Position numbers and translations under genes: made by a program. This document shows positions 47,609-58,009 of a DNA stretch of 64,000 nt, in pieces. Origin of the DNA: Clostridiales bacterium (GTDB taxonomy: Bacteria > Bacillota > Clostridia > Saccharofermentanales > Saccharofermentanaceae). Location of the stretch: NCBI GenBank assembly GCA_017513085.1, contig JAFWDK010000027.1, forward strand, positions 96,001 through 160,000, in the 5' to 3' direction. Every line of letters begins with the position of its first letter. Position 1 is the stretch's first letter. The notes under the pieces are model-generated. The model was not told the DNA's origin and did no database searches. It was given only the letters and a program-made list of their open reading frames with translations.

Positions 47609-48676
47609 TCACCCGACGATCGTCCCTCCTCCCAGGACTTCGTCTCCGTCATAGAAGACAGCGGCCTGGCCGGGAGTGATCGCGCGGATCGGTTCATCAA
47701 ATACAAGACGGACTTTGCCATCTTCCATAGGAACGGCAGTTGCCCACTGCTCTTTCTGGTGATAGCGGAGCTTGGCCTGCACACGAACCGGCTCGGCCGG
47801 AATCTCTCCCGAGATCCAGTTGACATCGTCGATCAGGGCTTCGGTATTCCGTAGATCTTCGTCGTAGACAAGGATGACACGGTTGTTTTCCACGTCGAGG
47901 CGGGATACATACATTGGAGCAGGAAGGGCTAATCCGAGGCCTCTACGCTGTCCCGGTGTGTACGCAACGATTCCTTTGTGCGTACCCAAAACCTTCCCGT
48001 CTTTATCTACAAAATCACCGCTCGGGTATTCTTTGCCGGTAGTCTTCTTCAGGAAGGAAACATAGTCTCCGTCAGGCACAAAGCAGATGTCCTGGCTCTC
48101 ACGTTTTTCTGCATTGATCATGCCGGCTTCGCGGGCCTTCTCACGGACTTCGCTTTTTTGCAGATCGCCAAGCGGGAAGACTGTGTGTGCCAACTGTTCC
48201 TGCGTTAAGGTATACAGAACATAACTCTGGTCTTTCGAATCATCCAGTGCTTTTAGCAAATGATAACGTCCGTCACGTTCTTCGATACGGGCGTAGTGAC
48301 CGGTCACGATCACATCGCACTTCAAGACCTGGGCACGCTCATAGAGCTTGCCGAATTTAAGATAGCGGTTGCAGTCGATGCACGGATTCGGGGTGCGGCC
48401 ATGCTCATAGCAGTCGACGAATTTGCCGATCACTTTCTCTTTGAACTCATCTTTGAAGTTGAAAACATAATACGGAATGCCCAGATGACGGCAAACACTG
48501 GCCGCATCCTCGACATCATCGAGTGAACAGCAGGTCTTGGGATTCGCCACGACGATATCTTCGTTGCTGTATAGCTTCATGGTGCAGCCGATACAGGAAT
48601 AGCCACGTTCCAGCATGATCTTGGCAGCCAGGGAAGAATCCACGCCACCGCTCATTGCGATCAGTGCACTGCTCAT
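47609..48676 (-). CDS. mnmA: tRNA 2-thiouridine(34) synthase
   Basis: MSGGVDSS, TPNPCIDCN, TGHYAR, KDQSY, SQDICF and TPGQAAVFY motifs. Confidence 0.96.
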   Translation of the reverse strand: MSSALIAMSGGVDSSLAAKIMLERGYSCIGCTMKLYSNEDIVVANPKTCCSLDDVEDAASVCRHLGIPYYVFNFKDEFKEKVIGKFVDCYEHGRTPNPCIDCNRYLKFGKLYERAQVLKCDVIVTGHYARIEERDGRYHLLKALDDSKDQSYVLYTLTQEQLAHTVFPLGDLQKSEVREKAREAGMINAEKRESQDICFVPDGDYVSFLKKTTGKEYPSGDFVDKDGKVLGTHKGIVAYTPGQRRGLGLALPAPMYVSRLDVENNRVILVYDEDLRNTEALIDDVNWISGEIPAEPVRVQAKLRYHQKEQWATAVPMEDGKVRLVFDEPIRAITPGQAAVFYDGDEVLGGGTIVG

Positions 48677-49590
48677 TTTCCAAGCCTCAGCATCTCATCG
48701 ATACATCTTCTGGAAGATGTGATCAAATCGTCGCTCATGACGATCTCCTCGCCACCGATTCCCAGCACGGTTCGGTAAACATCCACCAGTGTCGTGGCCT
48801 GCATATTATGGCAGACACAGTCTTTCGACAGAGCGTAGAAGCTCTTGTCCGGACAATCAAACTGAAGGTGTTCCACAATACTGTTCTCCGTAGCGATGAT
48901 GAATTCTTTCTTATCGCTCTTCTTGGCATAACTCATGATCTCGGTCGTGCTTCCGACGAAATCCGCATGTGCCACGATCTCCGGACGGCTCTCCGGATGC
49001 ATCAGGATCTCCGCGTCAGGATGTGCTGCGCGCGCAGTTTCAATATCGTTCATGGTAAAACGCAGATGTGTCGGACATCCGCCATGTATCAGTTGCAGTT
49101 TCTTCTCAGGAACCTGCTTGGCGATCCAATCGCCGAGGTTACAATCCGGAACGAAAAGGATCTTATCGTTATCGATATTGCGGATGATCTTGACTGCCGA
49201 CGACGAAGTCACGCAGACATCGCACTTTGTCTTCAGTTCCGCAGTAGTATTGATATACGCCACGACCGTGTGGTCAGGGTATTCTTTCTTCAGCGCAGCA
49301 AGCATCTCAGGATCCAGCTGCTCCGCCATCGGACAGCCGGCTGTGGCATTGGCCAGATAAACGTTTTTCGAAGGAGACAAAGTCTTCACAGTCTCCGCCA
49401 TAAAACGCACACCGCACATGATCACCTTATCCTGCGGGACTTTGGCCGCTTCCTGCGAAAGACCAAAAGAATCGCCGATAAAATCGGCGACTTCCCAGAT
49501 ATCGTGGCGCTGGTAGGCATGCGCCAGGATACAGATCCCGCGTGCCTTCTTCTCCTTTATGATCGCATCTTGAAGTTCCCGAACTGTCAT
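48673..49590 (-). CDS. nadA: quinolinate synthase
   Basis: LAHAYQ, GDSFGLS, CGVRFMAE, GCPMA, YINT, GGCPTH, HPE and C-NM (three Fe-S Cys). Confidence 0.95.
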   Translation of the reverse strand: MTVRELQDAIIKEKKARGICILAHAYQRHDIWEVADFIGDSFGLSQEAAKVPQDKVIMCGVRFMAETVKTLSPSKNVYLANATAGCPMAEQLDPEMLAALKKEYPDHTVVAYINTTAELKTKCDVCVTSSSAVKIIRNIDNDKILFVPDCNLGDWIAKQVPEKKLQLIHGGCPTHLRFTMNDIETARAAHPDAEILMHPESRPEIVAHADFVGSTTEIMSYAKKSDKKEFIIATENSIVEHLQFDCPDKSFYALSKDCVCHNMQATTLVDVYRTVLGIGGEEIVMSDDLITSSRRCIDEMLRLGK

Positions 49591-49614
49591 ACTCCACTCC
49601 CCTTGCGTGATCCG

Positions 49615-50268
49615 TCAACCTTCGATAAACATCGGGAAATAACTCTCGATATCGTCGAAGAATTTTTTCAGGTGGATAAGGTCCGTCGCCGCCCGATGTA
49701 CCGTGATGGCGATCGGAAGATACTTTCTTCCGTTCTCTTCCACGACCTTGCACATATCGACAGTCGGGAAGAAATAATCCTTCATGTCGTGAAGATCAAC
49801 AGAAAAACCGTCAAAAGAAAACCACGGATTAAAGCACACGTTATAGCTGTTCGTCGGCGGCATACCCTTCATGGCAAACACACCCTTGCTGTTGCCGTAT
49901 TTTTCCAGATCAGAAAGGAACTTCTCATTGAAAACGGCGAAGTCCTCATCGTACTCTGTCCAAAGGATCGTACTCGTTTCATCATCTTCATGGAAGACCG
50001 GATAAGCAGGATTCAGATAGTTCCACCAGCCGATCTGACCATCCTTATACGCCACACTCAACTCACCCTGATTGTTGATCGCACGGGTCACCATGTAATA
50101 GAACACCACATCCTGGCGGTAACCCTTCTTCTCGATCGCCGGAAGAAGATCCGTAACGTCGATCTTACGGTTCAAAGAGATATTGTACGGAAACATCTTC
50201 GCATAGTAGTGAAAATGCTGGGCTCTGGCCCATGTAGCCTGGTCATACGTGAAAAACTGCGATTTCAT
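49615..50268 (-). CDS. CatA-like O-acyltransferase fold protein (catalytic His replaced)
   Basis: W-R--HF-YY, P-YPVFH, PWFSF and LPIA-TVHRAATD; the CAT motif is VHHAVCDG. Confidence 0.8.
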   Translation of the reverse strand: MKSQFFTYDQATWARAQHFHYYAKMFPYNISLNRKIDVTDLLPAIEKKGYRQDVVFYYMVTRAINNQGELSVAYKDGQIGWWNYLNPAYPVFHEDDETSTILWTEYDEDFAVFNEKFLSDLEKYGNSKGVFAMKGMPPTNSYNVCFNPWFSFDGFSVDLHDMKDYFFPTVDMCKVVEENGRKYLPIAITVHRAATDLIHLKKFFDDIESYFPMFIEG

Positions 50269-50783
50269 AAACACTCCTCAATATGGTCGACGGACATCAC
50301 CTGCGCATAGCGGTGATTCCAGATTTCGTAGCTATAGTAATGGTAGAGCTCCTCGCCGGAAAGATAACGGTTATCGAAAGTCGTATGGCCGCCTCGCGGA
50401 ACGATGACCTCATAACCATATTCAAAAGCAACCTTGATCGTCGCATCCACACAAAAATCCGTCTGCATGCCGGTCACGATCAATCTGGTCACCCCGCGTT
50501 CATCAAGATATTCCCGAAGTTCCGTCTCGCGAAAAGCACTGTTGTACTTCTTGTTGATGATCTTCTCTCCCGGCTTCGGTGCCACGGAAGAGCAGATCTC
50601 AAATCCATTCTCCCCAGGAACAAGAGTATTGTCCTCATGGCGGATAAAGATCACTTCAATGCCTCTTGACCTGCAGATCTCCTGCATTTTGGAGATCGTC
50701 TTGACCAGACGTTTCTCATCGTAAGGATGCTCGAGGATCAGAGCATTCTGCATATCTACTACCAACATTGCAGTCTTTCCCAT
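50265..50783 (-). CDS. isochorismatase-family cysteine hydrolase
   Basis: LVVDMQ, K--NSAF--T-L and GMQTDFCVDAT (Asp-Lys-Cys triad). Confidence 0.9.
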   Translation of the reverse strand: MGKTAMLVVDMQNALILEHPYDEKRLVKTISKMQEICRSRGIEVIFIRHEDNTLVPGENGFEICSSVAPKPGEKIINKKYNSAFRETELREYLDERGVTRLIVTGMQTDFCVDATIKVAFEYGYEVIVPRGGHTTFDNRYLSGEELYHYYSYEIWNHRYAQVMSVDHIEECL

Positions 50784-50992
50784 AAAGAATACTTCCTTTC
50801 TAAGGGGCTCGATTTTTCTACGCACTTACTATACCACATTTTTCCCAACTATTCTCGCGTTTTCAGGGAATCTTCGAAAGAGATTTTGCCCTGGCGAAAA
50901 AAGTCAAAAAAATGAGGCTGCACCACATTATTTCGGGTACAGCCTCCAGGAACAAGGAAGTAGAGGATTAATCGGGGGTAAATGCTTTGCTG

Positions 50993-52051
50993 TCAACCAT
51001 TGCTGGCTTTCTTTCCGTCTTTTCCTTTGTCAGAGGTTAGCATTGTTTTGCTTTCGATGGGTTTATTATTCTCTACCCAGCTGACCGTGTCTTCCAAAGA
51101 GGCACGAAGATCTCTCGGATTGTAATGGAGCTCATTACTGGCACGCTCATTTGCATAAAGAGGTTCCGGCGAAGTAAATGGTCCGAATTTATTTTTCGGA
51201 TTCTCTTTTCGGGTGATCTTATAGTACAGTTGCGCGATTCCTTTTCCGCTCAGAAGCCAGTTCGGAACTGTCTTCGTCACTTCTTCTCTGCCCGTGATCT
51301 CATGCAGACTATGCAGGAAATCCTGGGTACTCATGTACGAGTTGGAAAGGATATAGCAGGTTCCCTTCGCACCACCGTGTTCCGCCGCTTCAAGAACGCC
51401 GGCTGCCACGTCACGTACATCTGTAAAATCGCCGCCACCCGGGATCGTAACTTTCAGATCTCCGGACAGGTAATCACGGATCAGACTGATGATATCCGAG
51501 TTACCGTACTCGTAAGGTCCCAAAACCAAGGACGGAAGCAGGATCACGGCATTCAAACCATTCAGTGAAACTTTATCCAGAATATACTGTGTCGCCTCGG
51601 CTTTTGATTTCGCATAGTCTCCGACTACACGGTTTCTGTCAAAGTACGTCACTTCTTTTACCGGTTCAGCTTTCTCTGTAAGCGGGATCGCTCTTGCGGA
51701 ACCGATATAGATCAGTTTGCCGATTTTTTTCTTCACGCAGGTGTCCGTGATATTCATGGTACCGTGCACATTCACACGACGCACCATAAGATCGGTCTTT
51801 TCCGAGATCACGTTTCTCTCCTGGGCGTGAATCAGGATCGCATTTCGAGGATCCTCAAGATCAAAGAAATCCTTCAAGGAATCTTTGACAAGAATGTCGC
51901 CATATGAAACTTCTACAGGAAGTCCCGCCAACGGCGTGGTATCCTCATCGGGTGTTACAAGAACACGTACTTTCTTCTGGTTATCCAAAAGCATCCTGAC
52001 TATGGTGTTGCCTATCTGACCTGTAGCGCCTGTTACTAGATACTGGGTCAT
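50993..52051 (-). CDS. NAD-dependent epimerase/dehydratase (extended SDR, dihydroflavonol reductase-like)
   Basis: TGATGQIG, NVHGT, YAKSK and DVRDVA motifs. Confidence 0.88.
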   Translation of the reverse strand: MTQYLVTGATGQIGNTIVRMLLDNQKKVRVLVTPDEDTTPLAGLPVEVSYGDILVKDSLKDFFDLEDPRNAILIHAQERNVISEKTDLMVRRVNVHGTMNITDTCVKKKIGKLIYIGSARAIPLTEKAEPVKEVTYFDRNRVVGDYAKSKAEATQYILDKVSLNGLNAVILLPSLVLGPYEYGNSDIISLIRDYLSGDLKVTIPGGGDFTDVRDVAAGVLEAAEHGGAKGTCYILSNSYMSTQDFLHSLHEITGREEVTKTVPNWLLSGKGIAQLYYKITRKENPKNKFGPFTSPEPLYANERASNELHYNPRDLRASLEDTVSWVENNKPIESKTMLTSDKGKDGKKASNG

Positions 52052-52261
52052 CCTCTTCGCCTCCCCTCTTGGGCTATCGGGATAGTTTCCTTATTCCCAT
52101 CAAAACCTCTTGTACTCATTATGGAGAACAAATTTGAACAATTTTTGCGAATCAAAAAAACAAGCGGGCAGTTTTACGAATAATCCATGTCCGTTTTGTT
52201 AACATCGCGGTTTTTATGTCGGAAAGCTTTGAGAAATAGGCTTTTTCCACGAAAAAAGCAC

Positions 52262-52957
52262 TTAGGTCACGATCGATTCTTCGATCCATGGCAGGATCTT
52301 TTCCAGACGTTTTTCATTAAAGAACGGCGCAGAAGACACCGCGCAGTTCAAGAGCAGCCACTGCGTCAACACATCCGGATGGACAGTAAGCGTCGCGGCA
52401 ATCGAGGGATAAAGAAGGCTTCGTCCCACCGGACGGCACTTCCCGCTCTGCTCATCCTCATCCGGATCGATCAGTACCGGAACCACACGGTAGAGTTCTT
52501 TTTCACTAACCGCTCTGGAATCCAGAAGGATATCTGCCAGAATGCATGCGCAATCTTCTGCGATGGTCGGATCCTTTCCGGCCGGTACTTTGGCAAACCT
52601 CGTATCATAGCGGTCCCACTCGATGTGTTCTTTTCCTTTATGAAGGATAACAAGGATCAGGTCATCCGCAATAGCCAGGAAATCCACGCAGGCCGTTCCG
52701 ACCTCGCTTCTCAGCGCCACATTGTAATAAAGCTGAAGCGGCAATTGTGACGCAAGTATCGACGAAGCCGTCTTCTGGTGCTTCTTCACTTCCTCGGCCA
52801 GCTCCGCCCAGGCAGACAAAAAGACCTTCTTCATCTCTTTCGGCGCGCTCTCCGACTTGTCCCGAAGCCGCAGGATCTCATCCATCCTTGCATCGAATGG
52901 TTTGATCCATGTCAGGTTTCGTTCCGCGGGAACTTGCGCCCGATGAAAAAGGTCCAT
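52262..52957 (-). CDS. hypothetical protein, possible degenerate NERD-like domain
   Basis: YYNVALR---GTACVDFLAI-DD-ILVILHK resembles the NERD (l-----qIDhlli----i-viE-K) core, without the Glu. Confidence 0.55.
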   Translation of the reverse strand: MDLFHRAQVPAERNLTWIKPFDARMDEILRLRDKSESAPKEMKKVFLSAWAELAEEVKKHQKTASSILASQLPLQLYYNVALRSEVGTACVDFLAIADDLILVILHKGKEHIEWDRYDTRFAKVPAGKDPTIAEDCACILADILLDSRAVSEKELYRVVPVLIDPDEDEQSGKCRPVGRSLLYPSIAATLTVHPDVLTQWLLLNCAVSSAPFFNEKRLEKILPWIEESIVT

Positions 52958-52981
52958 ATTGTTTTACTCCTTTACGAGGAG

Positions 52982-54589
52982 TCAGCCGTTCAGTGATTCG
53001 TACTTTCTGACCCCGTAGTGAGTAATTATAGCATAAGCACCCACACTCAGTCCCAGAAGGAAGACGATTTCTCCCAAAACGATACCATAAGAGATCATGG
53101 CGGTATCTTTCAAGAACAGTGCTACGATGAGAAAAGCACCCGTGATCAGTCCGATCAGCATATTCACGATCATAGAGAGCGTAACGCCAAATCCACTCTT
53201 AATGACCTGCGCCTCATTCTTCCAGTCAAGCTTGGCAAAGACAAGACCAAAGATCATGCCTACCAGAGAAGCCGTAAGCTGGAACAGGAACGTAATCAGG
53301 AGAAGAAGAAGGATGTCCAGGATCCCGCATCCTACTCGGAGACTCATGGCAACCGCGCTCAAAACGGCAAACGGAGCAAATATCATAACACTGACCAGGA
53401 TCTTCGCATTCAGAATATCCTTTGTCGCGATCGGAAGAGTCTTGGAGATCCAGATACGCTTTCCTTCAACAGAAACAGACGGCGGAGTTGTTGTGGTGAT
53501 CGAGCCGAAGGCATTGATGATCAGAGCGAAAATACAAAGCCATGCAACACTCGGCAGGTCAAGCAAGATCTGTTTTCCGTCGACGGTGATATCTTTCATA
53601 AAAGACAGGCCATCCGGTCCTTTTACTACGAAAAAGCCTGCAATGAAAACCAGGAAGACCACACCGAAGATCGTATTCATAATGTAGTTGGCAGAAGAAA
53701 AATATCTGGAAAACTCCATCTTAAATACAGCCTTACGGACACTGGAAGAACGATAAACACGTGCCTTCTTGGAGTGATCGGCATGGAGCTGTACGGCTGT
53801 CAGAGACCGTGCATGAATATAAATAGCCAGTCCCAGAGGGATCAGTGTCATCGCCAGAGCCAGGATCACACAGATCATATCTCCCGAATAGATCGCATCA
53901 GTAAGCCAGAACAGTGGCGGGATCTTCTTCATGATCGAGACAGACTCAGCCGTGTTGACTTTCAAGCTTTCTGCATAGGATGTCATGTTCGGAACGACGA
54001 ACATATAAAGGAGCATCACAAGCAAAGAAATTATTGTGGAGAAGATCGAACCGAATTTGGTGACTCTCTTCAGGAAAGAGATCAGCGCACTAATGATCAA
54101 AGATATAAACAGCGGGATCGCCGGGATCAGAAGGGCAAACAACAGGCCACGGACAAGGACCATGACAGATCCTCCTCCCACCAAAACCACGATGAGCAGA
54201 GAAGGTACCAGAAGCACCAATGAACAGAGCACATCCAGGAGGTACATGCCCAAGAGTTTCGATACAACGATATGTGACTTCGGGATCGGCATGGCCAGAA
54301 GCATATCGGTATCCGACCCTTTGGCATCACGTGTCGAATTCGTTACACCAAACATCAGGGCAACGACTAACCCCATGCCGATGGAGATATAGATCGCGAA
54401 TTCACCAAGGCCTTTTTCGACCAGGATGAAAGCCGTGGAAGCGCCGATAATACCGAACATTCCGATGAGAAACAATCCCAGAATGATAAGTCCGACAGCA
54501 GCGGCAATTACGCTCGTCTTTCCTTTCTTGCGGAAAGAACCGACCAACTCAAGAAAATTGGTACGCAAAAGTATCCATAAAGTACGCAT
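52982..54589 (-). CDS. ABC-2 type permease (two TM blocks)
   Basis: D---LLAMPI, E--RYFSS--Y-MN, SVEGK--WI-KTLPI and KLDW-NE--VIK motifs; about 12 TMs. Confidence 0.85.
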   Translation of the reverse strand: MRTLWILLRTNFLELVGSFRKKGKTSVIAAAVGLIILGLFLIGMFGIIGASTAFILVEKGLGEFAIYISIGMGLVVALMFGVTNSTRDAKGSDTDMLLAMPIPKSHIVVSKLLGMYLLDVLCSLVLLVPSLLIVVLVGGGSVMVLVRGLLFALLIPAIPLFISLIISALISFLKRVTKFGSIFSTIISLLVMLLYMFVVPNMTSYAESLKVNTAESVSIMKKIPPLFWLTDAIYSGDMICVILALAMTLIPLGLAIYIHARSLTAVQLHADHSKKARVYRSSSVRKAVFKMEFSRYFSSANYIMNTIFGVVFLVFIAGFFVVKGPDGLSFMKDITVDGKQILLDLPSVAWLCIFALIINAFGSITTTTPPSVSVEGKRIWISKTLPIATKDILNAKILVSVMIFAPFAVLSAVAMSLRVGCGILDILLLLLITFLFQLTASLVGMIFGLVFAKLDWKNEAQVIKSGFGVTLSMIVNMLIGLITGAFLIVALFLKDTAMISYGIVLGEIVFLLGLSVGAYAIITHYGVRKYESLNG

Positions 54590-54590
54590 A

Positions 54591-55307
54591 TCAGTTGGCC
54601 TCCTCGGTGATCTCCAGGAAGACTTCCTCGAGAGACGCATTTCCCTTCACTTCTTCCATGGTACCGGCAGCGATCAGACGTCCGTCTTTGATAATAGCGA
54701 TCTTGTCGCAGAGCTTCTCCGCCACTTCAAGGACATGTGTGGAAAAGAAGATAGCGGAGCCTTTATCACAAAATTCACGCATCATGCCTTTTACCGTAAA
54801 AGCAGCCTTCGGATCCAGACCGACGAACGGCTCATCCATGACCAGAAGTTTCGGTTCATGTAAAAAAGCGGCGATGATCGCCAGTTTCTGTTTCATACCA
54901 TGTGAATAGGAGGCAACCTGGTTATTCAGTACTGAAGAAATCTCCAATAGCTCGGCATATTTCTCCACGCGTTCTTTTCTGACACTCTTCGGGACCTTGA
55001 AAACATCGGCTACAAAGTTGATGAACTGCATTCCGGTAAGATTATCGTAAAGCTCCGGATTATCCGGAATATATGCTGTGACACTCTTGGCACGAAGCGG
55101 GTCCGCGGTAACCGAGATCCCGTCGATAGTGATCGAACCTTTCTCAAAATCATGGAGTCCGACGACAGCCTTGATGGTCGTTGTCTTTCCGGCTCCGTTG
55201 TGTCCGATGAATCCATAGATCTCACCGGGTTTAACTTCCAGTGAAAGATCCGCCACGCCGACCTTTCCTCCCGGATATGTTTTTGTAAGGTTCTCAATTT
55301 TCAACAT
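54591..55307 (-). CDS. ABC transporter ATP-binding protein
   Basis: GHNGAGKTT, YSHGMKQK, DEPFVGLDP and STH motifs. Confidence 0.93.
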   Translation of the reverse strand: MLKIENLTKTYPGGKVGVADLSLEVKPGEIYGFIGHNGAGKTTTIKAVVGLHDFEKGSITIDGISVTADPLRAKSVTAYIPDNPELYDNLTGMQFINFVADVFKVPKSVRKERVEKYAELLEISSVLNNQVASYSHGMKQKLAIIAAFLHEPKLLVMDEPFVGLDPKAAFTVKGMMREFCDKGSAIFFSTHVLEVAEKLCDKIAIIKDGRLIAAGTMEEVKGNASLEEVFLEITEEAN

Positions 55308-55615
55308 AGTTCGTTCCTCCTTGATCTCATGGTTGTCATTTTAGAGTTCTTTTGCCAACGAAACGCAAAGCAATTATTAAGAAATGTTAAAACCATGATC
55401 TCGGGCTCTATCATACCATATTCCCGTATTTTTTCCGTGTCATTCTGCTGTTCTTTTCGTTCTCGAAACGTTCTTCTTTTGCCAGTTGAAATTTTTGAAC
55501 AGATTGCACAAATAACCACTTGATTTCTATGTATCGATATGTGAAAATAGGAACAATGATTTTCATAATCCCATAATAGGGGATTATGGTTTTCGAAAGG
55601 GGTTCTTAGGGTATT

Positions 55616-55930
55616 ATGGCATCTGAACAAGTCAATCGGATCATTGAAGCAGAAAAGAAAGCTTCTGATATCGAAGCAGAAGGACGTACCAAGGCAGACG
55701 AGATCCTGGCACAAGCACAGAAAAAAGCCCAGAATGAGTATCAGGAAGCCCTTTCCGCAGCTAGAAAAAAAGTCTCCGATCTTTACGAGAAGCATAAGAC
55801 CGATGGTTCTGATGAAGAGCAGGCCAGTGATGAAGCAGCTGAGAAAGCTGCCGAAAAGCTTCGTGACGATGCGGAACCGAACCGTGAGGCAGCCATTACT
55901 GCTGCCATGAATATTCTGATGGGACGGTAA
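55616..55930 (+). CDS. V/A-type ATPase peripheral stalk subunit G/H
   Basis: Charged helical 104-aa protein (I-EAE--A---EA), first gene of the V-ATPase operon. Confidence 0.75.
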   Translation: MASEQVNRIIEAEKKASDIEAEGRTKADEILAQAQKKAQNEYQEALSAARKKVSDLYEKHKTDGSDEEQASDEAAEKAAEKLRDDAEPNREAAITAAMNILMGR

Positions 55931-55936
55931 TCACGC

Positions 55937-58009
55937 ATGGCAATCCTTCCGATGAAACACATAGAGGTCATTGCCCTGCAGAAGGACGTGAAGAAGATCG
56001 TAGAGCTTCTCCAGCGTCTGGGGACCGTTGACGTTACCGAGCGTTATGAAGAAGACATCACCGACGACCTGGCGCTTTTTCCGTCGAAAACCAGTTTGAC
56101 GCAATTGGAGAAATCCTCCCAGACCGTGGATCATGCCATCTCTCTTGTTGAAGGTTATTCCACCGAGAAGAAGCCTTTCCTTTCCGGGTTTGCCGGACGC
56201 AAGGAAATGACATCCGAAGAATTCGATGCCCGGGTCGAGAAAATTGACGAGACCATGAAGATCGTCTATGATATCGAATCTCTGGATCGTAAGATCAATT
56301 CGGAAAAGACCGTCTCTACCCATACACTTCATCAGCTGGATGCGATCCTTCCTTGGGAAAAACTGGATATACCGATGCAGTACACCGGCTCGGCCAAGAC
56401 TACCTGTATCGTAGGAAATTTCCCGGATACATATACGGAAGCATCTTTTCATGATGCTTTTACTACACAATATGCCGCTATGAAGCAGAGCGAAGCTGTA
56501 CTGAACGGCCGCGAATTCGAGCCGGAGAATCTGGAGTTCCCGGAATTCTATACCGAGATCGTCTCCTCCGCTTCGGATCAGACCTGTGCCTGCTTTATTG
56601 TCCATAAGAAAGATTATCAGGACGTCATGAATACACTGCGCCGTATGTCTTTCACCTCTCCGGCTGATCCGACCAAGCATCCGCCGGAAGTCCGCATCGG
56701 ACGACTGAAGAAGCGTATGGAGGAAGCTACGGCCACGATCGCGGAATCGCGCGAGAAGCTTCGTCAATATGCAGGTAAGCTCGACGATCTGTATTTCCTC
56801 TCGGATTACCTGATCATGAGAAAAGAAAAATATGAAATGCTCGGAAGTCTTCTCTTCTCAAAGAAGACATTCATCCTGGACGGTTTTGTTGCCGCGGAAG
56901 ACTGTGATAAAGTCGTCAAGGCTCTCGAGTCCAGCTTCGATCTTTTCGTGGAGACAAGAGATCCTAAGGATGATGAAGAAGTTCCGGCCAAGTTTAAGAA
57001 CAATGCTTTTGTATCTCCGGTGGAAGATATCGTCGAGTCTTATAGCGCGCCAAGCAAGTTCGACATTGACCCGAATCCGGTCATGAGTTTCTTCTACTAC
57101 TTCTTCTTTGGCATGATGCTCTCCGATGCCGGTTACGGTATCCTGTTGTGCCTGGGTACTCTTTTTGTTCTGAAGAAAAGAAAACCTGAAGGCAACAATA
57201 AGAAGAATATGATGAAGTTCTTCTACTGCGGACTGGCCACCACCTTCTGGGGATTCATGTACGGCAGTTTCTTCGGCGATCTCGTCGGCGCCGTTTCAAG
57301 AGGTTTCTTCGATGGTTCCGTGGAGCTTCCGCCGATCTGGTTCGATCCGAGTAAGGATCCGATGAAGCTTCTGATATTGAGCTTCCTTCTGGGGTTCCTG
57401 CATATTTGCATCGGTCTCGGCGCCAACTTCTACAAACTGTGGAAGAACGGTGACAAGGTCGGAGCGATCTGTGATGTCGGTTTCTGGCATCTGACGTTTG
57501 CCGGAATCGCGATCCTCGTTTTCCCGATGGTTGCTCCGATGATGGCTCCGATCACGATCCCGGATTCGGTTCCTCTTTCTGACATAGGTAAATATGTAGC
57601 TCTGGCCGGCGTGGCCGGACTGGTCCTGACCGGCGGCAGAAAGGCCAAGGGCATCGTCGGAAAGATCATCGGCGGTGTCGGCACGATCTACGGCGTCACC
57701 GGATATTTCAGTGATCTTCTTTCCTATTCCCGTCTTATGGCTTTAGGCCTCGTTACGGGTATCATCGGCAGCGTAGCCAACATGATCGGCACACTCTTCG
57801 GATCAGGAATCGTGAAGCTTGCTATCTTCATTTTCGTATTCCTGTTCTTCCATGCGATTAATCTGGGCATCAGCGCACTTGGCGCCTATGTCCATGTTAA
57901 TAGACTTCAGTATGTAGAATTTTTCGCGAAGTTCTACGAAGGCGGCGGAACGATGTTCCACCCCTTTACTGGTAACACCAAACACTTCAAAATTAAGGAG
58001 GACAATTAA
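55937..58009 (+). CDS. ntpI: V/A-type ATPase subunit I (a)
   Basis: MAILPMK, IDP-P, FFGMMLSDAGYG, D-LSYSRLMALGL and RLQYVEFF motifs. Confidence 0.94.
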   Translation: MAILPMKHIEVIALQKDVKKIVELLQRLGTVDVTERYEEDITDDLALFPSKTSLTQLEKSSQTVDHAISLVEGYSTEKKPFLSGFAGRKEMTSEEFDARVEKIDETMKIVYDIESLDRKINSEKTVSTHTLHQLDAILPWEKLDIPMQYTGSAKTTCIVGNFPDTYTEASFHDAFTTQYAAMKQSEAVLNGREFEPENLEFPEFYTEIVSSASDQTCACFIVHKKDYQDVMNTLRRMSFTSPADPTKHPPEVRIGRLKKRMEEATATIAESREKLRQYAGKLDDLYFLSDYLIMRKEKYEMLGSLLFSKKTFILDGFVAAEDCDKVVKALESSFDLFVETRDPKDDEEVPAKFKNNAFVSPVEDIVESYSAPSKFDIDPNPVMSFFYYFFFGMMLSDAGYGILLCLGTLFVLKKRKPEGNNKKNMMKFFYCGLATTFWGFMYGSFFGDLVGAVSRGFFDGSVELPPIWFDPSKDPMKLLILSFLLGFLHICIGLGANFYKLWKNGDKVGAICDVGFWHLTFAGIAILVFPMVAPMMAPITIPDSVPLSDIGKYVALAGVAGLVLTGGRKAKGIVGKIIGGVGTIYGVTGYFSDLLSYSRLMALGLVTGIIGSVANMIGTLFGSGIVKLAIFIFVFLFFHAINLGISALGAYVHVNRLQYVEFFAKFYEGGGTMFHPFTGNTKHFKIKEDN

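Noticed and set aside
48655-50310. 551-aa plus-strand ORF spanning nadA and the CAT-like gene
   Set aside because: Antisense shadow running across two real genes; no RBS or recognisable domain.
50993-52051. SDR as another pseudoenzyme
   Set aside because: The Gly-rich motif, catalytic Ser region and YxxxK are retained.
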